NCBI GenBank assembly: GCA_964016885.1
Contig: OZ024740.1
Span: 343,976,001 to 344,040,000 of the forward strand
Origin: Eledone cirrhosa
Lineage: Eukaryota
DNA length: 64,000 bases
Reading direction: 5' to 3'
Positions 53,289 to 64,000 of the stretch are shown in pieces. Positions within the stretch are counted from its first letter, which is position 1; each line of letters starts with the position of its first letter. Both the position numbers and the translations under genes were made by a program. The notes under the pieces are model-generated. The model had not been told where the DNA came from, did not search any database, and saw nothing but the letters and a program-made list of their open reading frames with translations.

Positions 53289-54715
53289 ATATATATATGA
53301 AACAAGCTACAAAACTGTTATATATATATATATATATATTTATATTTGTATATATATTTTTATATATATATGTGTGTGTATGTGTGTGTGCGTATTCATT
53401 TTCAAACATTAAGAAATATTTCTAAAAGACGAAGGTAGAAATGAAGAAAACAGTGAAAGAAAGAACGGAGAAGGCGAGAAAGTATTACACAAGTTCACAT
53501 TATAAAAAGAAATAGGCTGTAAACGGGGAGATAGAAGGCGAGAATGAAGAGGGAGAAGAGACGATACATAGTATATTTATGAGAAATAGAAAGAAGGTTG
53601 AGAAATAAAGTAAAGATGAATTGATTTTGAAGGTTCTTTATTTTCTTTTCTAATTCAGTAATATTGATTTTGAATAGAATCCCGATTGATTTGGAAGATC
53701 GTAGTGGGTCGCCAAAAAAAGTAATGCCAAAGTGGAAAGGCGCCAAAGATATGATGATATCAATCTAATTCCTTACCGTTCCCATTATCCTTGCAAGACA
53801 GTAATATATTTAAAACAATTTTTTTCTGTGACTAAGAATACATCGAGCTGGAACTGTATTTTAAAGATTACAATATTTGATGTTTAAGCTATATTTTAAT
53901 TAGTCTCTACTTATAAATTGTATTGCTAGTTTTATAATCTAAATGATTTAGTATAGGATCCAATGCCACGGATTACAGCATCACAGATACGTTCTTTCCA
54001 ATGCAAGGCGAAACTAGGTTTAGTAGATAGACATCATTTACCGTTAGAAGCACAATTAACAGTAAGTATAGCCCTTCCGCACACAAGAAACATTTTGTAT
54101 TCACACGTGTGCGCGTGTGTGTGTTTGTGTGTGTGTGTGTGTATGTATGTGTGTGTGTGTGTATGAGTGCGTGCGTGTGTTTGAGTGCGCGCGCGCGTGT
54201 GTGTATGTGTGTGTGTGTGTGCGTGTGTGTGTGTGTGTTTGTGTGTATGTGTGTGCGCGCGCCCATGGCGAAATTAACAGGCCTTTAAAAAAAATTTATA
54301 ATTTATTCGTGTTCAAACATATCAAATACGAATTAAAACATATGTATTGTCAGTCTAATATTTTATACTTTGTCATGTCCCTGTCATGCTTGTTCCTTAA
54401 ATGGTTGTTCCCTAAAGTTCTCTGGAAGAACAAGTAGAACTTTCTTTCGTGTTTATCTACATAAACTACCACTTTAAAATATTGACCACTGCATAAGTAT
54501 TTAACCATAACCAGGAGAAATCAGCTTCAATAAATTTTGAACACCACCATCCATACAGCATGTTATAGTTTTGAGATTTATACTTATTGGATTTGTATAT
54601 CCTTCTCAGGTGTAATTATCTTGACCTTGAGAATATTACTACAAGGCAAGCTGTAAATAAAGAAGTAAAAAAAGCCAAAGAAAAAATGTTTACATCATGT
54701 TTCATTATTTCAATG

Positions 54716-54898
54716 GGCGGTGGATTGACAGTATCGGTAGAGGGTCGGACGCCATGCTTTCCAGCATAGTTACGTCCCTTTACGATCTGAGTTCAAATCC
54801 CGCCGAGGTTGACTTTGCCTTTCATCCTTACGGGGTCGATAAATAAAGTACCAGTAATGCACTGGTTAATTGCTGGCCTTGTGCCTAACGTAGAAACA
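54716..54898 (+). mobile_element. Full-length SINE
   Basis: Family match; TSD ATTATTTCAATG at 54704 and 54899. Confidence 0.92.
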
Positions 54899-54955
54899 AT
54901 TATTTCAATGCGCGGTTAAACCCTTGTGGTTAATAAAGAAAGCATTATTTCAATG

Positions 54956-55141
54956 GGCGGTGGATTGGCTTTTATCGGTAGAGGGTCGGACGTTATGATT
55001 TGCAGCAAAGAGTTATAGCCCTTTATGGTCTGAGTTCAAATCCCGCCGAGGTTTACTTTGCCTTTCATCCTTACGGGGTCGATAAAATAAAGTACCAATA
55101 AAACTGGGATAATTGCTGTCCTTGTGCCAACAGTAGAAACA
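54956..55141 (+). mobile_element. Full-length SINE
   Basis: Family match; TSD ATTATTTCAAT at 54944 and 55142. Confidence 0.92.
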
Positions 55142-56000
55142 ATTATTTCAATAAGAAAGAAATAAGCTTGAACTTACGTTTGACTGCAGAGCCTGGAATG
55201 TTCAATTAGCCGATTGAAGAGGCGCATCTCTGCTCTGTTATTGGTGGTGAAATTTAATTCTTTAATAAGAATGGCTTTTTAATTCTTAAGTATTCAATAT
55301 GCCATTCGAAGGTCAGTTCAAAATTTTATTTTATCTATAGTATTTCCTTATTTATTTTCTAACTTAGAAGTCATTCGAAACAGTGTTGTCGCTTATGTTG
55401 ATGTGTCGTGCGCAGGATGCTGCTAGTTTAAAATCCACGGAGTTTATAACATTATATCTGCGACATCACGTAAGACACTATACACATGCCTACATGGCAA
55501 CATTATTAACAGAGCAGTTGTGAAACAATTGTTGTAGTTTATAGTTAAGAGAAGGAATCCAAGATAGCTATTTGTTCAGAAAAATCTCATAATAAGCCAC
55601 TTCGGAAAAATACTTCCCATGCGATCAAGGGAATATTTCTTGATGGAAGAGATTTTAAAGTACACAAGAGACAGAAAAATATCATCTCGCCCTGAATATT
55701 TATACTTGAAAACCTCCTTGTATGCCGTACAATAACAACTGTAAAATTAATTACAAAAATATACATGTACTTCAAGCCCGAAACCTGTAATATTGTAATA
55801 CATTTCAATATATATGGCGAAGCTGTTATTTTAATGCTTTCTCGTCGATCATATGCGAAAGTGTGAAATCGTAGTCGACCATTTCTTTGCTGAAATATTT
55901 TTTTTTTTCTCTGATTATATGTTTTGAGACCACTTTCTGTTAATGTTTGACTGGCTTTATGCATGGTTATACATAAAACACGTAAAAAAAACACACACGC

Positions 56001-56034
<34 letters not shown>

Positions 56035-56044
56035 AGAAGAGAAG

Positions 56045-56262
56045 AAATTGAAAATGCAACCGGAGTCTTTTAAGAATATTTATTTACTTTACCGGTTTAA
56101 CAGATCTTATGATTTTCAAAAGTAAAATTGAGATGGAGGGTTTGTGTTTCTGTTGTGGTTAGTCTCGCATCTGATGCGATTTTACTTTTGAAACTCATAA
56201 GAACTGTGAAACCGGTAAAGTAAATAAATATTCATAAAAGATTCCAGTTGCATTTTCAATTT
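56045..56262. repeat. Inverted repeat (~80-bp arms), each arm carrying a U3:A8-type HHR with one core defect (56083-56126 minus; 56181-56224 plus; family L)
   Basis: Consensus TTTACTT TTGAAAA T CA..TG T GAAACCGGTA AAGTAAA. Confidence 0.75.
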
Positions 56263-56358
56263 CTTTTCCTTATATTATTACCTGTGTGAGACATTTTAAA
56301 ATTAAAAAAGCCTAGTAATTTCTTATATATTTGTATGTATATATAAGTATATGTATAT

Positions 56359-56801
<443 letters not shown>

Positions 56802-56870
56802 CAGACTCTACTCTGTAAGAGCATAGAGTGCTCAACCGGCATACCGCCTATGGAAGCATCTTAGCTACCA

Positions 56871-57200
<330 letters not shown>

Positions 57201-58762
57201 TTAAGAGTGTTAAATGCTTTAGCTCAAGCAAACGAATCATAATACATAAATAAGCGTTATCTACGCCCACAGGTAAAGGTCAACCATAAATATCAACCTA
57301 ACCCACCACCGAATAATACTTTCTTTGGAAGTATAAACAAAATAAACTTGTTAGTAAACAAAGTCTGTCCTTACAAAACAGCGTGGTATATAAATGAAAC
57401 GCGTGCGTAGTTCGACCAACTAGATGAATATCTGTATAGCAATGATAATATGATGGGTTCATAATGACGCGAGAAATACCACACATAAAACCACTCTATA
57501 GCAACGCAATAATTAAGGAGTAGAAAATATAATACAGAAGGTTATTTATCATTGATATACTGAACATATCATTAAACAGATAGCTGAAACATATCTAAAT
57601 CACAGAAACATTTAAAGATAGAATAACGCATGCAACATCTCCTTTTGGTAGAATACTTATAGAGCCAACTAATACAACAGAGGTCCAACCATAGTTAGTC
57701 TGTCGCTGCAGTTTCGACCATCAAGAAACCCTTTGATGAAAGAACCTTCTTTCAATATTGCTTGTCTTAATTTATTAAGATAGTCAATATTGTTTCTTAA
57801 TTCATTGAGATATTCAGTATATCCATTAGTGACAAATGACCTTCTGTGTGATACATACATATATACGTACCTACGTACATACAGACATACATGCACACAT
57901 GCATACAAGCTTATATCTCAAAACATTTCTCTGATGTTTCTCTACATTTCAGCTGTCTACCTCGCTCCGAACAAAAAATATAGCCAGAAATTGTGGAGTA
58001 AAATACATAGCAATTGACTAGTTGGATTATTTTACAAAATAGGAAAATACAAACGAATAATATGAGGAAATCCCAGCAAACAGCTTATACTGTAATACAA
58101 ATATATACAGAAACGAAACAAGATTTAACAACGAGTTTTGTAAAATATCTCAGTGATAGCAAGAAATACAAATAAAAGAAATAATTACAACGAAGCAGCA
58201 GCCAAAATTACAGCAACAGAACAACATAAACATGAACAATACAGTATAAATGGTTGCAATGATGCATTACAATGATATATGAGGTTGATGCCATTTATCA
58301 AGGAAGAAAACAAGAACGGTGACAAGAGTAAAATGAAAACATGAACAAAAAGAAGTTCAATAACGACGAGAGCGACGGTGATGAGGATAATAAAAACAGT
58401 AGCAGCAACATATATATAACAAGGGTTTTGGCGAATTTCCTATCTCCATGTGGTGCCAGATAGATGGACAGATATTCCACAAATTGAACAATTGAAGTAG
58501 TCAACATGAACTTAAAAATATGAATGAAAACAAAATCAACAGAAGAACATCAACTAACAAAAGAAGAAGAACAATAGCAGCAAGAGCAGTAGCAAAAACA
58601 ATAGCAAGAAGCACATGGAAAAACAAACTGAATATTAAAAGCTTTTGGTCTTCCATATTATAACAGTTTGAAGGAAATATTTTTTCTTACTCGATTTCAA
58701 TCTAGTTTGCTAGGCAACTGTAAGTTTAGGTGTTCCTTTCAAATCTCACAAACCCCCCCCCC

Positions 58763-58822
<60 letters not shown>

Positions 58823-58826
<4 letters not shown>

Positions 58827-59200
58827 AGATCGCTCGTTGGCGCAACTGATAACGTATATCCCAGTACAATATGTTGCCTAGTCGGATCGTCAGCAACTAA
58901 ACCGGTAAACCCACCAAGTTTGCTTAGTCAGGAGGGTGGTTAACGAACATCCTGCGGGAGGAAAAATAGAATCCGTCAAAAGCAATGGCTATCCTTAGCA
59001 TGTACATATCTATGTTAGGTCAGGTCAGGTGTTTCAGGTTTTCCTGGTTTTTCATGCTACTGGGACCATATAACCCAAACTACCTGCTGCATGGAGGTCG
59101 TTAGGCTTGACAGGCAGTCCATCTAGGAGAAGGAAAACTCTGAATCCAAACCTCCACTTCCTTACGGCGATACCCCCCAGTAATGAGAAAGCTACAGGAA
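58823..59200 (+). mobile_element. RTE-like 5' UTR-derived repeat homologous to 12088-12360 (3' extent uncertain)
   Basis: Aligned 5' ends directly after (TA)n; CTAGGAGAAGGAAAACTCTGAATCCAAACC. Confidence 0.6.
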
Positions 59201-60342
59201 TAATGGATAGATGCATTCCTAGAATTCACAGGTACCATAATATTTTCTACAGGCATCTGGTGAAGCTCTCGTGCAACCTAGTCCGAAACATAACTAGCAT
59301 CAATAATAATATATTAAGGGCTTTGAGACACGCGCCAAATATTGCTGGGGTGAACCGGACTATACTTGGTGGGGTAACGCTGACCTTGGGACAACCTTGG
59401 CTAAACATAATTGCCTTGGAGATCCTCTGCATGATACTGGGAGCCGGTCGCTCCGGCAACTCCGTTGGACATCCGACCAGATTAAGCAACTACATAAACC
59501 CGGAGTCGTGCTCGCTCTGGAATGAATGCCTGCTAAAACATCTGCTTTACCAGTGTAAGATTACCACCGTCACCTTGATGAATAGGTACATAGAAGCAAC
59601 ATAGACTAGCTTAAACGACAGGTGGTACAATCACCCTTTAACATGATCGATAAACGGGAATTTACGTCCCTCTCGGAATTGATCTGGAAGATTAAGTTAG
59701 CTAGGACTCCTTAGAATAATCCTTAGAATAATCTAGGGTTCATGAGATACCCCAGGATGGTGGTGGCTCCTGGATTTATTGTCTATGTCTGAGTGAAACG
59801 CTTGAGATACTCAAAGGGGGCCCGGAACTAATTAACAGAAGGTTGGACATTTGGTGCCTCACCTAAGAGCGGGAATGTTCCTCAAACAATATCGAAAGTA
59901 ACTCCCCTTCTATGGGGTCCTAGGTACCCCCCCCCCATAGGTAGATTACGTTGTATTTATCTCTACATAAAGTTAAAAGCATTTACCCGTAATGTTAGAA
60001 TAGACGCACACTCCGGATTCCGCGATATATTCCACTGGCGCATTAATTTAACCAACCACCTATCCTGGAAACGTAACATATTAGTCGACGGAGAAATACG
60101 ATTTGACCTACTATGATGGCTAGTCAATTTTAACCCGTTTAAATTTCCTCGTAAGGAAGCTAGCCCGTACTTCTGGGTGACATATAAGATCTATAGTTGG
60201 CAACACTCATCGAGCTGATTAACTAGGAACACAACATTCGTCTCTCTTATTACTTACATTTCACTAGTTAGCTACATTAATATTGTCAATCTCTTTTCTT
60301 CTGGTCACTTTTAGGAATTTATACTGTACTACATTTTTATTT

Positions 60343-61039
60343 AAGATATTTATTTATTAACTCTATATGACCATCAATTTTCTGATACATCTAAGATGTT
60401 AGCATAATTTTATCTGGAAATCTTTCGAATTTCTAACCTTTTTTTCTTAAACTTCATCGTTCTCTCCTATTCTTAAACTTCATCGTTCATTCTTTTCTTA
60501 TTTTTTTTCCTATTATGTATTTGTTATGTATTATTTCTTTATTGGTCTTCTTTCTTGGCTTCTCATTACTTTGTTATTATAATTTTAATTTCAACGTTAA
60601 TTCTCGTTTATGTATACCCTCCTATTATATATTATATATTAGCTGTGATATTTCTATTATCACAAATACTACTGCTGCTACATCCATTGATACATATCCC
60701 TACTCCCTCCTTTTTTTCTGTGGTTGTTGGTATTGAAGTTTCGGCTGTTACTGTGAGTGATAGCGTACATCATCTTTCCCCTCCACCGTATAGCCTCTTA
60801 ATACGCGTGTTTTTGAGCTATCAAAAGCTGACCATTAGGTAACCCCTTACTACTCTATATCTTTATTCGAGATATTTATTTAATAACTCTGTACGACAAT
60901 CAATTTTCTTATATATCTAAGGTGTTAGTGTAATTGTATCTTGGTATTTTTCACATTTCTCACCTTTTGTTTTATTTTACAAAAACTCCTGTTTTTGAGC
61001 TATCAAAGGCTGGACGTTAGGTAAACCCCTACTACTCTA
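60343..61039. repeat. Interleaved diverged direct repeats (60343-60445/60868-60970; 60808-60858/60991-61039)
   Basis: AGATATTTATTTA.TAACTCT..CAATTTTCT and GTTTTTGAGCTATCAAA..TTAGGTAA..TACTACTCTA each occur twice. Confidence 0.75.
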
Positions 61040-61691
61040 GAAAAGAAAGTGTTATTTACGTCCTTTGTGACGATCCTGTGAGGGTGTTTGAACTAATTCA
61101 TAAGTCAGCTGGGCTTTGAGGAAACAACACCAATAACCAGCTCGTGGCATATCAAAGAATATAAACTGATAATCTTTGATCATTTTATATATATTCATTA
61201 ATCTTTATTGATGTAATTTTCTGTTTATGTAATAGCTGCCTGACGAGGCGGTAACTGTTCCATAGAAGCTATAATGAAAAAACGTACAACGGTGTTTATG
61301 TAATGAATAAAATGAGGTAAATTATAACCTACTGGCTTCTACTTCGTTGTTATACCAATACTTTGGAGTACATATACCCACATGTATTCTTCGCCGAGTG
61401 CTCTATCCTGCGTACACTAGTGTCGGTTGATTAACTAACACAAACTATACTTCTCGTGCAATCTGCAATCTGATTTAGTGTAACGCAGCTGAAATTGAAA
61501 GTTACTTCCTTTATAAGCTTTCACTCAAATCGAGGCTAGGTTAGCATGAAATCAGTGTGATGTGATCGCGAATCGCAATATTCCATTGCGAACATTTTGA
61601 ACATTCGATTATATCTTCACACGTACAAAAACACAAACTAAAAATCTAAAACCAATGCAAGGAAAACCATGAGTAATTATGATAACAACAA

Positions 61692-61888
61692 TGTTTTCTA
61701 CAATTGGAACAAGGCCAGGAATGTTGTGAGATAGGAAAGTCGGTGACATTGACTCCAATACTTGGGCGACACTTTATTTTATCGACACTCAGAAGGATTC
61801 GGTGGGACTTTCAACTCACAACATGAAGAACCGTAATTAAATACCTCAAAGCATTTTGTCGTCTGCCCTAGCTACTCTGTCAACCCAG
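61692..61888 (-). mobile_element. Old diverged SINE copy
   Basis: ACAAGGCCAG..ACTTTATTTTATCGAC..AACTCA. Confidence 0.6.
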
Positions 61889-62159
61889 GACCCTCGACGA
61901 CATCATTTATCAATGACGTTGATGCAATATGTTCGATATGATCTATTCTAGTACATAACCAAATTCAATTATATAGACTTACCATATTATTCAGCGATGC
62001 TAGGGGGAAATACGATATTGCCTTAGGATAGGATTTGAACTTAAGTATGTGGCATTGTATTATTCCATTTATTTAACTTTCAAACGCAGTCTTTTCTGAT
62101 CTGAACAAATATAATAAGAGAAAACATTTTAAAACTTACAAAATAAATATATGTACTGT

Positions 62160-62198
<39 letters not shown>

Positions 62199-62895
62199 CG
62201 CCACCACTATAACCACTACCAGCACCAGTACCAGCACCACCACCACCACCACCAACACCACTACAACCATTACTAGCACCAGCAGCAGCACCACCACCAC
62301 TACAACCAGCCCCAGCACCACCACCACCACCTCTAACTCCACTACCACCATCACCACCACCACCACCACTACAACCACTACCAGCACCAGTACCAGCACC
62401 AGCATCACCACCACCAACACCACTACAACCATTACTAGCACCAGCAGCAGCACCAGCAGCACCACCACCACCACTACAACCAGCCTCAGCACCACCACCT
62501 CTACCTCCACCGCCACCACCACCACCACCACCACAACCACTACCAGCACCAGCACCAGCACCAGCAGCAGCACCACCACCACCACTACAACCATTACTAG
62601 CACCAGCAGCAGCACCACCACCACTACAACCAGCCCCAGCACCACCACCACCACCACCTCTACCTCCACCACCACCACCACCACCACCTCTACCTCCACC
62701 ACCACCACCACCACCACCTCTACCTCCACCACCACAACCGCCACCGCCACCACCACCACCACCACAACCACAACCGTTACCAGCACCAGCACCAGCAGCA
62801 GCACCACCACCCCTACAACCAGCCCCAGCCCCAGCACCACTACCAGCACCAAAACCACCACCACCACCACCTCGACCACAAACCACTACCAGCAC
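62160..62895. repeat. (CTA)n grading into an (ACC/AGC)n trinucleotide-derived minisatellite with higher-order repeats
   Basis: Blocks such as CCACTACAACCATTACTAGCACCAGCAGCAGCACC recur three times. Confidence 0.9.
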
Positions 62896-64000
62896 CATTA
62901 TCATAATCACGTCATTTTCTTGTTGGCGATCTATATCTACATATTTCTGTGCACATATAAGCTAAACAAAACACTCTTTCAATGTTAAAGCAACAAACAA
63001 GAGAGAAGAATCAACAATTTATTCCCCCAAGGGTCAATAAACAAATACAGTCTTATGTATTTCTTTGTTTATCTATTCATCTTTATATTTATATATCAAT
63101 ATATGCATTCAAACGTCTGTATGATGATGATAATATCAACAACAAAAACAACAAGAATAATACCATCGGTCTCAACAGCAATAATAATAATAAAATGAAG
63201 AGAATAATATTTAAAGAGAATAACGAGAATAATAATAATAATAATTTTTTCTTTATTAGCCACAAGGACGTATGTGTACAATAACAGTGCTTCATACAAA
63301 TTGGTTACAAAACACACACACTTATACGCACACATACACACACACACATATATATAAATATATATATATATGTATAATAAAAGGGAGATGATGAACAACC
63401 AGGGAATCGGGGGATATGAAAATATTGAGATAAGCCCTGAAACATTCCAAACTTCTTTTGTTAGTATAAATGAACGAAAACCTTTGTTTTTCCAAAAGTA
63501 ATCTTTATGAATATATTTTGACCAGGTCATTTCAACAAACAAATTTATTAATGAATTATACGTACTCTACTTGATACCATGCGATATATATTAACTTTGT
63601 AGAATCCTCTCTGCTGCATTTCCTCCAATTCAAGAGATCGGCACTATAAAATTCCACCAAAAATTTCTCCCATGGCTACGTACACAACGTCCCCATGTGT
63701 GACAACGTTTTTTTTTTTATTATTCCAGAGGCAATTAATTATAATAGTGTATTTTTCTTTAAAACTAGTCATATCCAGCTCAAATTCTCGTCAAACAATT
63801 CAGTATTTCTGTAAGGGTATCTGCTCTTATTTTGGGAAACAAGTGACTATTTAATCTTTCTGATAATATTTCTAATACTACCAACAGCTATGCTATTACT
63901 TTCAATTTCAATTTCTCAACGTTACTGGAAACTGTTGTTGCCAACCATTCTTTAATGGAGCCAGGACGCCTTTCTCTAGGTACTTATTAGAGGTCTCTCT

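Noticed and set aside
61239-61275. CTGACGA with a short stem II
   Set aside because: GAAA and stem III missing; at best a decayed HHR
62080-62910. 276-aa Gly-rich ORF resembling a structural protein
   Set aside because: Trinucleotide-derived minisatellite is open in several frames; no signal peptide or splice evidence; cannot be fully excluded without RNA-seq
63245-64000. Possible degraded Tx1-like 3' region on the minus strand
   Set aside because: Only the 20-bp terminal motif is convincing; no supportable protein similarity

Overview
AT-rich, microsatellite-saturated animal DNA with no recognisable host exon; the repeat content suggests an octopus/cephalopod, which is inference only. Nearly all short ORFs in the track are simple-repeat artefacts. 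Real coding remnants are all from transposable elements: a young Tx1/L1-clade LINE (1-2380), two Penelope-like elements (PLEs; 33090-35741 and 42466-45770, RT plus GIY-YIG), R4/Dong-like and CR1-like LINE relics and a Tc1/mariner relic. There are also many copies of one tRNA-type SINE with ATTAT-starting target-site duplications, RTE-derived short elements and MITEs. The main hidden signal: the unique-looking DNA between the (TA)n tracts is largely non-coding ~0.2-0.8 kb units carrying type I hammerhead ribozymes (HHRs). By eye I count 21 complete or near-complete motifs from about 13 sequence families, plus truncated halves. They sit in tandem, circularly permuted and fold-back arrangements resembling PLE pseudo-LTRs or retrozymes. 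Recurrent unusual features include U3:A8 covariation, U10.1-U11.1, long or branched stem II, a probable pseudoknot and family-specific palindromic stem III. All folds were read manually; activity is untested.
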